NCBI GenBank assembly: GCA_052327205.1
Contig: CM126230.1
Coordinates: 42,160,001 to 42,224,000 of the forward strand
Source: Somniosus microcephalus
Lineage: Eukaryota
Reading direction: 5' to 3'
Length of the DNA: 64,000 nt
Positions 51,850-64,000 of this stretch are shown one piece after another. The notes beneath the pieces are model-generated. The model ran no database searches, was not told the origin of the DNA, and saw only the letters and a program-made list of their open reading frames with translations. The position numbers and the translations under genes are program-made. Every line of letters starts with the position of its first letter. The stretch's first letter is position 1.

Positions 51850-52430
51850 AGGACTGGCCCGCTATCCCAGCAACCTCTGCGGCGCTGTCGGCTCCCACTA
51901 ACTTGATGGCCGCGAGCCCGCCTCCTCCGCGCCCATTGGTCGCTCTCCCGACGCCGGCGGGCCAGACGGTGTTCCGATTGGCTGCGCCGCCCCGTCAATC
52001 ATCCCGGCGGCCGCCAGCAGGTTAGAGAGGCGGGGGTGGAGGGGGTTTGCGCCTGCGCATCGCGTCCGTGGGAGCCGGGCCGGTTCTGAGCAGGTTTGGA
52101 GCTGGGAGCCGGGACTGGAATGTAGAGCGGGGACTCGGGCCTGCCATTGCTACTGCTACTGCCGCCGCCTTCTCCTTCTCCGGTGCCGGTGCCGGGGATG
52201 TCCGAGGCGATTGGCGGGGGGACGCTCGGTGCCTGCCAGCTGCCGTGGGAGCCCGGCCGCCGCCATCTTGGATGTGTTGGAAGCCGCCGCGGGGGGTGAG
52301 TGCGCCCGGTCCCGGCCCAGTGTGCGCGAGTGTCCGGGCCCGTGTCCGAGAGTGCCCGGCCCAGTGTGCGCGAGTGTCCGGGCCCGGCCCAGTGTGCGAG
52401 AGTGTCCGTCTGTCAGAGGCCGAGGCCGGG
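51850..52430 (+). promoter_or_regulatory. CpG-island housekeeping promoter of gbf1, divergent from pitx3
   Basis: High CpG density. Inverted CCAAT boxes at 51935-51939 and 51977-51981, GC box GAGGCGGGG near 52027, NRF1 palindrome TGCGCCTGCGCA at 52048-52059, downstream YY1 motif. Confidence 0.8.
52075..52295 (+). other. gbf1: gbf1 non-coding exon 1 (start approximate)
   Basis: GC/CpG-rich leader with a YY1 motif GCCGCCATCTTG (about 52258-52270), ending at a GG|GTGAGT donor at 52296. Confidence 0.65.
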
Positions 52431-52457
52431 TTTGTGTGTGTGTGTGTGTGTGTGTGT
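52302..52457. repeat. GC-rich minisatellite (CCCGGCCCAGTGTGCGCGAGTGTCCG) followed by (TG)n
   Basis: Directly visible, immediately after the gbf1 exon 1 donor. Confidence 0.85.
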
Positions 52458-52617
52458 CTGTCCCTCCCCTCCCGGTGCGAGGCCTGAGGGCCCCAACTGC
52501 GCCGTTAATCTCCCCTCAAAGAGGGCATTGGGCCAGCGCCAAAGGCCTGACCCTCAGCTAAACCTTTGGAAACCGCCTCCGGGGGAAGTCCGCCTGTCTC
52601 TGTCTGTGTGTGGATGT

Positions 52618-52975
52618 CTGTAGATAGACTAGATGCAGGAAGGATGTTCCCGATGGTCAGGGAGTCCAGAACCAGGGGTCACAGTCTAAGGATAAGGGGT
52701 AAGCCATTTAGGACAGAGATGAGGAGGAATTTCTTCACCCAGAGAGTGGTGAACCTGTGGAATTCTCTCACAGAAGGCAGTTGAGGCCAATTCATTCATG
52801 AAATATATTCAAGAAGGAGTTGGATATATTTCTTAAGGCTAAAGGGATCAAGGGATATGGGGAGAAAGCAGGGACAGGGTACTGAATTTGGATGATCAGT
52901 CATGATCTCATTGAATGGCGGAGCAGGCTCGAGGGGCCGAATGGCCTACTCCTGTCCCTATCTTCTATGTTTCTA
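52618..52975 (+). mobile_element. CR1 3' fragment in gbf1 intron 1
   Basis: DAGRMFPMVRESRTRGHSLRIRGKPF. Same subfamily as 62203-64000. Confidence 0.85.
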
Positions 52976-53136
52976 GTGTTGGCCTCCCCCTCCCCCGCAC
53001 TGACACCCTCCCGTCACAGTGCAGAGCTTGAGAGCTCCAACTGTACGGTTAATCTCTCTCCTCAAACGGGATTGGGCACTGCCAAAGGCCTGACTCTCCG
53101 CACCCCTTTCTAAACCACCGGGCTTGCCCTCTGCTG

Positions 53137-53660
53137 GAGTATTGTGTCCCAATTCTGGCCACCACACTTTAGGAAGGATGTCAAGGCCTTGGAGAGGATG
53201 CAGAGATTTATTAGAATGGTACCAATGATGAGTGACCTGTATATGTGGAGAGACTGGAGAAGCTGGGGTTGTTCTCTTTAGAGCAGAGAAGGCGAAGAGG
53301 CGATTTGTTAGAGGTGTTCAAAATCATAAACGGTTTTGATAGAGTAGATAGGGAGAAACTGTTTCCATTGGCAGAAGGGTTGGTAATCAGAGGACACAGA
53401 TTTAAGGTGATTGGTAAAAGAACCAGAGGCGACATAAGGAATCTTTCTTTACGCAGCGAGTTTATTGTGATCTGGAATTTGCTGCCTGAAGGGGTGGTGG
53501 AAGCAGATTCAATTGTAACTTTCAACATAGAATTGGATAAATACTTGAAGGGAAAAAATTACAGGGCTATAGGGGAAAGGGCAAGTGAGTGCGATAGCTT
53601 TATCAGAGCATTCGCAGGCACGATGGGCTGAATGGCCGCCTCCTGTGCCGTATCATTCTA
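53137..53660 (+). mobile_element. CR1 3' fragment
   Basis: ORF 53245-53631. Confidence 0.85.
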
Positions 53661-53934
53661 TCACAATAGCAACTTACATTTATATAGCGCCTTTAACGTA
53701 GTAAAACATCATCAGTTGCTTACATAGAATTACATCGCATCTACAGCACAGAAACAGGCCATTCGGCCCAAGTGGTCTATGCACCACACGAGCCTCCTTC
53801 CAATCCCTTTTCATCTAACCACCATCAAGATATCACTGACATTTTTCCAAGCACAATAAAGATTAGAGATATACACAAGAAACAGCAGCGTTGAAGATTT
53901 GGTAATGGGTGTCAATGCCCTCTCACCAACAGCG

Positions 53935-54303
53935 TTGGCTCAGTGGGTAGCAGGTCCACTTCTGAGGCTTGAGTACAAAATCTAGGCTGACACTGCAGGG
54001 CCAGTGCTGAGGGAGTGGTGCACTGTCGGAGGGGCCGTCTTTTGGATGAGACATTAAACCGAGGTCCCATCTGCTCTGTCAGGTGGACGTAAAAGATCCC
54101 ATAGCACTGTTCAAAGAAGAGCAGGGGAGTTCTCCTTGCCAATATTTATCTCCCAACCAACATCACTAAGCAATAGATTATCCTGTTATCACATTGCTGA
54201 TTGTGGGAGCTTGCTGTGTGCAAATCTGTCTTAAAATACTCCTGTGCAGTGCCTTGGGATGTTTTGCCACGTTAAAGGTGCTATATTAATACAAGTTGTT
54301 GTT
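53935..54303 (+). mobile_element. SacSINE1/Deu-type SINE
   Basis: GGCTCAGTGGGTAGCA head and core shared with the other copies. Confidence 0.75.
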
Positions 54304-55074
54304 ATATTGAGTATTTTTAGAGAGGATGTATATTATGGGATGCCTATATATATGAAGGTTTAGCACCAAAGATTTCAATCAAAATACTTATTCTGAAGAG
54401 TAAGCTTTCAGAAGTACTAACTTGACAATAAGTCCTTGCAAAATAGGAACACATTTTAAAAATTGACTTGAAATTAACGATAAGGCAGTTCAACTTAGTA
54501 ATGCACATGGCATCAAAACATGAGAAATTAGCTGAAGTGACTTAATGTTAGTGGAATCTTGAGATTGATTTACTGCCTGAGACACACCCAAACATTTATT
54601 TATATTATGCAATCTATCATTTACAAATAATGTTCATCTGTTACCTTTGTTGCCTGAATGCCAGTAGAAGTAGTACAATGCAGGTGAAAGTATAATCAAG
54701 GTGATCCTGACATGAGGCTTCAAGACATTGTGCAGTGGGAAACTGCACAAATACCACTGCCTTTCTTAATAGCATATTTCCAGCAAACATATAACATTGT
54801 TTAATAATCTAAAAACAAAAACTGCTTATGGAAAGTATGCGCCAACTTGCACTTGTATAGCGCCTTTAATGTAGAAAAACGCCCCAAAGCGCCTCTTGGA
54901 GATGTAATCAATAAATGAATAGCAAGGCTTCTCCACCAACAGATCAAACTCCAATCTCAACATTGCTATTGCATTCTTTTTAAGGAAACTTAAATTCTCC
55001 CTGCAGTTTTGCAATTTATCAAAGACATTTTATCCCTAAGCTTAATGCGCTTGCTATAAAATTGCTGGAAGAAG

Positions 55075-55400
55075 GAACTTGCATTTGTATAGTGCCGGTC
55101 TCGTTCTCAGGATTTCAGAAGTGCTTTGTAGTCAATTAATTACTTTTGAAGTTTCATCCCTGTTATATAGGCAAACCTGGCAGCCAGTTTGCCCATAGCA
55201 AGTTTGCAAGAATAACAATTATGTAAAGGATCAGTTAATTTATTTCAGGGTGTTTGAGATAACCTGTTGTCGAGGGTACTGGGCGACCGCTCGTGCTCTT
55301 CGAATAGTGCCATGCAGGCTTTTATGTCCAACCGAATAGGCAAGGTGGTACTTTGGGTCAGTGTCTCATTCGAAAGGTGGCACCTCTGTCAAACCAGCAC
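55075..55400 (-). mobile_element. Diverged SacSINE1/Deu-type SINE
   Basis: Degenerate match to the family consensus seen in this window. Confidence 0.6.
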
Positions 55401-55859
55401 TCGCTCAGTACTGCACTGAATCAAATTTGTGTAAGCAAGGAAGCTGTTGTATGGCCCACAAAGAGCCCGAGAATGGTTTCCACTTCCTCAAAAAGCTCGA
55501 GGTAATTCATAATTTGATTGACACAGTTTATACCTGACCCTTGGAGTAAGGGAGTAATGTTGCTGGTGATGAGTGTTGGTGGAAACCGATACATAGACCT
55601 TGTCTTTGCTGCTCTGATAATGCTAGGTGGGAAGTGAATGTTAATAACTGAAGTCAACTCCCTTCTGATAAAGTTAATGACAATCCTTTGATCCTGGCAA
55701 ATTCGATTTGGAGAGGAGTTTCACAGTTTTTGTTTGCTTATATAGTGGCTTCCATTAAATTTCCATCAGTATATTTAAGTAATAACTGGGGCAAAGGTAA
55801 CAGTCAGTTTGGGGAGGTATTATTCCAGCAGGTAGATCGGATCATTGAAACTGGTCAGT

Positions 55860-56250
55860 GTAAGCCATGGCTCAGTTGATAGCACCCTCGCCTCCGAGTC
55901 AGAAGGTTGTGGGTTCAAGTCACACTCCAGAGACTGGAGCACAAAATCTAGGCTGACACTCCAGTGCAGTACTGAGGGAGTGCTGCACTCAGAGGTGCCG
56001 CCTTTTGGATGCTCTCTCGTAGAAGATCTCATGGCAGTATTTCAAAGAGTTGGGGAGTTATTCCAACATCACAAAACAGATGATCTGGTCATTATCACAT
56101 TGCTGTTTGTGGGAGCTTGCTGTGTGCAAATTGGCTGCTGCGTTTCCTACATTACAACAGTGACTACACTTCAAAAAGTGCTTAATTGGCTGTAAAGTGC
56201 TTTGGGGCATCCTGAGGTGGTGAAAGGTGCTATAGAAATGCAAGTTTGTC
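55860..56250 (+). mobile_element. SacSINE1/Deu-type SINE
   Basis: tRNA head with A/B boxes, core and tail. Confidence 0.8.
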
Positions 56251-56644
56251 TGTCTTTGGAATTTTGCAAATTATGCTGGTCCAGAATTGGGGACAATTAC
56301 AGCTGACTCCAGTTTTGGGAGATTGGGTATTGATATTACTGTTAATTCAGTAGTTTTGGCACCATCTGCTATTTGTTAGACAGCGAGCTTTACTTTGTTT
56401 ATTCTCTGTTCAAGTTTGGCATCTCTGAATAATCATAATTGATGTAACAGAGGTGTACTAATTTCCATTGATTATTTAAAAAAGATAAGCTTGCCCGAGG
56501 TCCTAGAATGTATTACTATGGAAAACAATTCCATGTATTAAATTTTCAAGACTGTCCATTGTTGTAGACACTTTTGGAAAGCTACAGGATTTTCCAAAGC
56601 AGTTTACTGCACTCTAAATGTCTATGCGAGTATTTAGTTTTCGG

Positions 56645-57015
56645 TAAGAACATGAGAAATAGGAGCAGGAGTCGGCCATACGGCTCTTTGAGCCTGCTCT
56701 GCCATTCAATAAGATCATGGCTGATCTTCTACCTCAACTTCACTTTCCTGCCCGATCTCCATATCCCTTGATTCCAAAAATCTATCGATCTCAACCTTGA
56801 ATATACTCAGTGACTGAGCATCCACAGCCCTCTGGGGTAGAGAATTCCAAAGATTCACAACCCTCTGAGTGAAGAAATTCCTCCTCATCTCAGTCTTAAA
56901 TGGCCGACCCCTTATCCTGAGACTGTGAGCCCTGGTCCTAGACTCTCCAGCCAGGGGAAACAACCTCTCAGCATCTACCCTGTCAATCCCCCTCAGAATC
57001 GTGTATGTTTCAGTG
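56645..57015 (-). mobile_element. CR1 3' fragment
   Basis: ORF 56715-56963 plus tail. Confidence 0.85.
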
Positions 57016-57699
57016 AGTTAATTTGTTGTAATATTTATGGGTTTAACTTAAAATTGGATACATTTTGAGGTATGACTATTTTAAAGTACAATTTTAAGTA
57101 TAATTAAATGCACAAGCAACAAAGCTAAAGAACTAATCCTGTAGAATTGGTAATATTACAGCTACATTGCATCTACTTGACATTTTAACTTTGAAAGGTT
57201 GTGGTTGCACTCTTTAAGGTAGTGTCACCTGAACTTAGGTCCTGATCTTGAGCTAGTTTTGCTACTGTTGGCTGCAATTCTTGCATCATGAGGCTGAAAC
57301 AGTTTCCCAGTGATGCAAACTATGCACTTTTCCATTGGGGTCAATGGCTAATCAGTAACACCGGCAATTCTTTCCCCCTTGATTAGCCTGGGAGTCCCTA
57401 CACAGATTACTGCCATCATGGTCGCGATCCGCTATCACAGCAGAGACCTGGAATCTTCCTAATCTGCTCCCCTCCACACCTGACGCTTCCCACAGTGGAG
57501 GAGCTCACATTGAATTATATTACTGGACGTAACTGTATTAGAGGATGTTGATCAAGTTTGAAGTAACGTGTAAAGATTATTCCTTTTTCCGTCTGGGAAT
57601 GCAGCAACTCCTTGGCCTTTTCATCTTTAATAATGCGGCTATAACTGGAAATGGAGAGTGAGCTTATGTTTCCAGCATTAAACATAATTTGGTATTTTT

Positions 57700-58052
57700 A
57701 AAAATTCATTCACTGGATGTGGACATCGCTGGCATTTATTGCCCTCGAACGTGGTGGTGAATTGTCGTCTTGAATATTTTATTTCAGAGGACAGTTAAGA
57801 GTCAACCACATGCTGTGAGTCTGGAGTCACATATCGGCCAGACCGGGTAAGGGCAGCAGATTTCCTTCCCTAAAGGACATTTATGAACCAGGCAATCGGT
57901 ACTTTCATGGTTACCATTACTGAAACTAGATTTATTACCAGATTTATTTATTTAATTTGAATACCGTGGTGGGATTTGAACTCATGTCTCTGGATCATTA
58001 GTCCAGGCCTCTCAATTACTAGCCCAGTAACATAACCACGATGCTACCGTAT
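57700..58052 (-). mobile_element. Third tRNA-SINE family (related pieces at about 598-640, 4805-4905 and 11645-11805)
   Basis: Head TACGGTAGCATCGTGGTTATGTTACTGGGCTAGTAAT matches 598-640. Tail matches 4805-4905 in reverse. Confidence 0.6.
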
Positions 58053-58134
58053 CTCCTATATGCATACAGCTGAATGAAATCCTCACTTGGCCTGTTTTTA
58101 ATCACCATTTTTCCCCATCCACAGATTCTTCACC

Positions 58135-58230
58135 ATGGTAGATAAAAGCATTTATATTGTGCAAGGTGAAATAAGTAGCGTGGTTGGTGCCATAAAGCGA
58201 AATTCAAGATGGACCACGCATACTCCTTTG
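58135..58230 (+). CDS. gbf1: GBF1 (Golgi brefeldin A-resistant Arf GEF 1) first coding exon, MVDKSIYIVQGEISSVVGAIKRNSRWTTHTPL
   Basis: Near-identical to the vertebrate GBF1 N-terminus (MVDKNIYIIQGEI..VVGAIKRNARWSTHTPL). Acceptor ccacag ending at 58124, caccATGg Kozak, GTAAGT donor at 58231. Gene continues beyond the window. Confidence 0.95.
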
Positions 58231-60559
58231 GTAAGTTTTCCTGAGGAACTTTTTCTTTTAGCTCTTCTGGTAGATCACATTAAAATAGTATGCAGAATAC
58301 ATGGTATGAGTGGAATGAGCCAGTGGGCTTTGGTGAGGTCAGGAGATTTCCTTTGTTTAATCAGTGTGACTGATTGCCAGCTCTGTTGGGGAGGACCCTT
58401 GAATCGGATTATGGGGGTTGGTAGCAGGGCTGCTCTTGTCTGCTAGTCAGTGTCTGGGTGTTGGTTGTGTCGCAATTTTGTGCATTTATACAAAAAGTGT
58501 CTCCTTCCTTGTGTGGTGCTTAAATCACGAAGTGAGTATTTTCCAGCTTGCTACCCAGCCACTGGCAGGAGGTGGGGAGTGGGAACCAGATTTTAGAAGC
58601 TACTTCATGAGTTGGCCTTTATGGATGTTATTTTTTTCAGACCGGGCTATTTTACCCAGTGTTACAAGTGCTATGGAGCTCAAAGGTTCACCTGCTGCCA
58701 TCTCAGTGGGGTGAGTGGAATGAGCCAGTAGGCTTTGGTGAGGTCAGGAGATTTCCTTTGTTTAAGCCCATAGGATCACTGTGGACAGGCCCAGGAATCA
58801 CCGCACTGGGTCCAGGCTGGTTGGTTGTGCTAGTTGAATTATTTTATCATTCAGTCGCATAGGGCTGGATCTTTGGGCGTGACCCAGGAATGTTGAGCAT
58901 TGTGGCTGCTTATCTCCAGCGTTCTACTAACGTTTTATGTTCATGTTCATCATAAACTGTTAATCTAGAACCCACAAACTAGTCATCCATTTGGATTCAC
59001 ATGTCCTGATTTGAGAGCTCAAATCTGCATGGTAATTTAAGTTAGTTTTGTTCTATTTATTCTCTGTTTCCTTAATGACCTTATACTGGGAATCAGGGCT
59101 GGGGAGATGTGAAGAGAATAATTCATGTCTTACAATAACATTGTCCAGCTGTGAGCAGCAACTTGTTTATTTAACACCTGCAAGGAGAAAGCTTCATCAG
59201 GGTGGTCCACCATTCTTTCTCTTCCCCCCCCCCCCGCCCCCCCCCACAACCCGCTCCCCCTAATTCTCTGTTTCTCTCCTAAAGACACTGACTCCATCTG
59301 TGGGGTGGTTGCACAGGTGCTGGCCATCCTTGGCTATCTCATTAAACGGACCGTTCTTCATGTCTGAGTCCAGGCCATGTATGTTGGCAGATATTATACC
59401 AGACCATCATAGCTGTGCCTGAGCCTGTCCTCACCTGATATTCACACGTTTCAGCAGAAGCTATTCAATAGAAACTGTTCTCTTTCTCCTTTCTCGCCCA
59501 GGGTCCTGTGGTCACTTGTGTGCCCTTAATGGTGTCCCAAGTAATTTTTATGTAAGGCAGTTCACCCGGGTGAGGGTGGAAAATCTTTGTCTTTAGGCAC
59601 TTGTATTGCCAATTCATTAGCCAAAATGCTTTATTTATATTCTAATGAAACTTCAAAACTGCCTTCAGGTTGGGCAATAATTATTTCGAAGGGTACGTTA
59701 GGAAAAATCCACTTTTCTGATTGACGTCCCATTGCTGTGCAGTGGTGAGATGTGGGCTTTCACTTGTAGTTCATCATGTGGGGACTACCTAACCGTGGCA
59801 ATACCGACGCTGGGAGCTGCCAAGAGGGGGCCAGGTGCTTCCATGGTGAAAGAGGGAACATTATTAGGAGGCAAGCTGTCCCAGATAAGTTATGCTCCTT
59901 TCCTTGAGGCTGGTTACAGAGGAGAGTAGGGAGCAGTTGTCCACCTGTCATTGTCTGTGAAATGATGCATTTCACAGGACCATTAAAAAAAAAAGTGAGT
60001 GTAAAGATCTGCAAACCAGCGAGGCTGTCCCGACTTAGGAATTTTAGTTATTAAAGAAGCAGATCATTGATGTAAACTGCAAATGGCTGCATCAGTGTAA
60101 GTAACAGGAGGCTCTTGTATCAGAACCAGCTGGTAGCTGTTTCATTGTGAATTTCTTTTTTAAAGGTCCCTGTCTGGAAAACATACGAGGGAAGAATAAT
60201 GTTCCTGATGGAGTTGTGAATTTTTATCTAAGTTTCCCCCCTTCCATATTTTTGTATTGTTTGTAACAATTGTAATCTTTCACTGCAGTAGCTTTCACCT
60301 GTCGAGAATTCATTCACAAGCCACCCCGTATGCTTGCTGGACAGTATGTGTCATTCTTTGACTTGGCCTGGGTAAGACAATGATGGAGATTTCCTACACG
60401 ATTGGATTAAAACTCAAGTTTGGAGCAGTTTAGGTTGTTTTTCCAGAAATTTTGGCGATTGATTCAAACACGAGCACGTGTTGGCTTCCTTGTAGGGTTA
60501 AGTCACGTTGAGATACAGAATCGGAAATGAAAAGGCAACTTTCTGACCTGGCCATTTAG

Positions 60560-62205
60560 AAAGTTTCTGTTTACATCCAATGATGTTTAAACTAATTAGT
60601 GGGGGGGGAGGTTTCTAGAGAGCAAATAATAAAAATGACAACGGAGAAGGTCATAGACCTAGGTAGCAGTGGGGGAATTAAAAACCAGAGAGTGTCAGGA
60701 AGGGACAGAATGTATGGAGTAAAAGGTAAAGTAGTAAAAGGGGAAAAAGCAGGAATAAAGTGTCACAAAACATATTTGGAAGTTCTTTATCTGAATGCAT
60801 GTAGCATTCAGAACAAAATGGACGAGTTGACGGCACAAATAACTACATATGGGTATGATCTTGTGACCATGACTGGGAATTAAACATATGAGGGTATTTA
60901 ACAATCAGGAAGGACAGGCAGGAAGGAAGGGGAGGTGGGGTGGCTATGTTAATAAAGGAAGGAATCACTGCAATACAGAGAAATGATATTGGGTCAAAGG
61001 ATCAGGATAGTGAAACAGTTTGGGTGGAGATAAGGAATAAGAAGGGGAAAAAACACTCGTGGGCGTAGTCTATAGGCCTCCTAACAGTTGCAACTCTGTT
61101 GGACGGAGTATTAATCAGGAAATAGTTGGGGCTTGTAATAAGGGAACAGCTATAATTATGGGGGATTTTAACTTTCATATTAACTGGACAAATCAAATTG
61201 GGCAGGGCAGCCTTGAGGAAGAGTTCATTGAGTGTATTAGGGATGGGTTTCTTGAGCAGCATGTAACGAAACCGACCAGGGGGCAAGCAACCTTAGATCT
61301 GGTCCTGTGCAATGAGACAGGATTAATTAAAAATGTCCTAGTAAAGGATCCCCTTGGAATGAGTGACCATAACATGGTTGAATTCCATATTCAATTAGAG
61401 GGTGAGAAGGTTGGATTTCAAACAAACGTACTGAGCTTGAATAAAGGAGACTATGAAGGTATGCGAGTGGAATTGATAGAGTGGACTGGGAAAATAGATT
61501 AAAGGGTAAGACGGTACATGATCAGTGGTGTACATTCAAGGAGTTATTTTACAACTTTCAAGAAAAATATATTCCACTGAGGAAAAAAGGGTGTAAAAGA
61601 AAAGATAGCCATCCGTGGCTAAGTAAAGTAATTAAGGATAGTATCCGACTAAAAACAAGGGCATATAAGGTAGCCAAATCTAGTGGGAGGATAGAAGATT
61701 GGGAAGTCTTTAAAAGACAGCAAAAAATAACAAAAAGATTGATTAAGAAAGGGAAGATAGATTATGAAAGTAAATTAGCAAAAAATATAAAAACAGATAG
61801 CAAAAGTTTCTATAGTTATATAAAAAGAATAAGGGTGGCTAAAGTAAATGTTGGTCCCTTAGAGGATGAGACCAGGAAATTAATGGTGGGAAACATGGAG
61901 ATGGCAAAAACGCTGAACAAATATTTTGTATCCGTCTTTACGGTAGAGGACACTAAGAATATCCCAACACTGGACAAACAGGGGGCTCTAGGGGGGGAGG
62001 AGCTAAATACGATCAAAATCACTAAGGAAGTGGTACTTGGTAAAATAATGGGACTCAAGCTGGATAAATCCCCTGGACCTGATGGCTTACATCCTAGGGT
62101 CTTGAGGGAAGTGGCGGTAGGGATTGTGGATGCATTGGTAATAATTTTCCAAAACTCCCTGGACTCAGCAAAGGTCCCGGCAGATTGGAAAACTGCTAAT
62201 GTAAC
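60560..62205 (+). mobile_element. CR1 LINE, ORF2 endonuclease region with frameshifts, interrupted by a second CR1
   Basis: YLNACSIQNK, GVVYRPPNS, IMGDFN, LGMSDHN and KSPGPDGLHPRVL motifs. Confidence 0.9.
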
Positions 62206-64000
62206 ATAGAAGATAGGAGCAGGAGTAGGCCATTCGGCCCCTCGAGCCTGCTCCGCCATTCTATGTGATCATGGCTGATCATCCAAACTCAGTACCCCGT
62301 ACCTGCCTTCTCCCCATATCCCTTGATACCTTTAGCTCTAAGAAATATATCTAACTCCTTCTTGAATATATTTAAAGACTTGGCCTCAACAGCCTTCTGT
62401 GGTAGAGAATTCCACAGATTCACCACTCTCTGGGTGAAGAAATTCTTCTTCATTTCTGTCCGAAATGGCTTACCCCTTATCCTTAGACTATGACCCCTGG
62501 TTCTGGACTCTCCGACCATCGGGAACATTCTACCTGCATCTAGTTTGTCCAGACCTGTCAGAATTTTATAAGTTTCGATGAGATCCCCTCTCATTCTTCT
62601 AAACTCCAGCAAGTATAAGCCCAATCGACCCAATCTCTCCTCATGCGTCATTCCTGCCATCCCAGGGATCAGCCTTGTGAATCTTCGCTGAACTCCTTCC
62701 ATGGCAAGAACATCCTTCCTCAGATAAGGCGACCAAAACTGCACACAGTACTCAAGGTGTGGTCTCACCCAGGCCCTGTACAACTGCAGCAGGACATCCT
62801 TGCTCCTGTACGCAAACCCTTTCGCTATGAAGGCCAACATACCATTTGCCTTCTTCACCGCCTGCTGCACCTGCATGCTTACCTTCAGCGACTGGTGCAC
62901 AAGGACACCCAGGTCTCGTTGCACTTCCCCTTCTCCCAATCTATTGTCATTCAGATAATAGTCTGCCTTTTTGTTTTTGACACCAAAGTGGATAACCTCG
63001 CATTTATCCACGTTATATTGCATCTGCCATGCTTCTGCCCAATCACCCAACCTGTCCAAATCATCCTGGAGTTTCTCGGTATCCTCCTCGCAGCACACAC
63101 ACCCACCCAGCTTTGTGTCGTCTGCAAACTTGGAGATATCACATCTAGTTCCCTTATCTAGATCATTAATGTATATTGTGAATAGCTGGGGTCCAAGGAC
63201 CGATCCCTGCGGTACCCCACTAGTCACTGCCTGCCACTCGGAAAAAGACCCCTTAATTCCTACTCTCTGCTTTCTGTCCGCCAACCAGTTCTCTATCCAA
63301 GTCAATACCTTGCCCCCAATCCCATGTGCCTTAACTTTACACGCTAATCTCTTATGCGGGACCTTATCGAAAGCCTTTTGAAAGTCCAAATACACCACAT
63401 CTACTGGTTCTCCCTTATCTATTTTCCCAGTTACATCCTCAAAAAATTCCAGTAGATTAGTCAAGCACGATTTACCTTTTGTAAATCCATGTTGACTTTG
63501 TCCGATCCTGTCACTGTTTTCCAAGTGCTCAGCTATTACATCCTTTATAATGGACTCTAGCATTTTCCCCACTACCGATGTCAGGCTTACCGGTCTGTAA
63601 TTCCCTGCTTTCTTTCTACCACCCTTTTTGAATAGTGGGGTAGCCCTCCAATCCATGGGTACAGTTCCAGATTCCAGTGAATTTTGGAAGATGATCAGCA
63701 ATGCATCTACTATTTCTAGGGCCACCTCCTTAAGTACCCTAGGATGTAGATTATCAGGCCCTGGGGATTTATCGGCCTTCAATCCCGTCAATTTCCCTAA
63801 CGCCATTTCCCTACAAATACTGATTTCTTTCAGTTCCTCCCTCTCATCAGACTCTATGTTCTCCAACATCTCTGGGAGGTTATTTGTGTCCTCCTTTGTG
63901 AAGACAGAACCAAAATATGCATTTAATTGGTCTGCCATTTCTTTGTTCCCCATTATAACTTCCCCTGCTTCTGACCGCAAGGGACCTACACTTGATTTCA
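62203..64000 (-). mobile_element. Young CR1/HER1-like LINE with an open RT ORF (563 aa visible), continuing past the window end
   Basis: ORF 62289-63980 with YRPVSLTS, QHGF, LDFQKAFDKV, GVPQGSVLGP and FADD. Intact 3' tail. Confidence 0.95.

Noticed and set aside
51639-52623. Several GC-rich ORFs at the gbf1 promoter
   Set aside because: Expected in CpG islands and minisatellites, and GBF1 translation starts at 58135.

Overview
Vertebrate genomic DNA, almost certainly a shark or other elasmobranch: it carries HE1-type V-SINE, SacSINE1/Deu-type SINEs, CR1/HER1-like and L2-like LINEs and Penelope foldback fragments. The core gene is the homeobox gene pitx3 on the minus strand. Its three coding exons (44633-44759, 37155-37360, 34761-35324) give 298 aa with a K50 paired-like homeodomain and an OAR motif. 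It lies head-to-head with the 5' end of gbf1 on the plus strand (CpG-island promoter near 52 kb, first coding exon 58135-58230), the same arrangement as human PITX3-GBF1. The flanks are dense in transposon fragments, while about 37-52.6 kb is almost transposon-free. The most interesting inference is that this pitx3 may retain a full Pitx2a/b/c-like isoform architecture: an upstream phase-1 exon ending at 48527, a symmetrical 141-nt cassette exon, and an internal alternative first coding exon at 38124-38217. Other notable signals are two independent solo-LTR insertions 267 bp apart, Penelope foldbacks with hammerhead-like cores, a dispersed hairpin family with a compensatory change, and possible exons of an unannotated minus-strand transcript. 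Repeat family names come from my recall of consensus sequences, not from a database search, and repeat boundaries are approximate unless a target-site duplication (TSD) is given.
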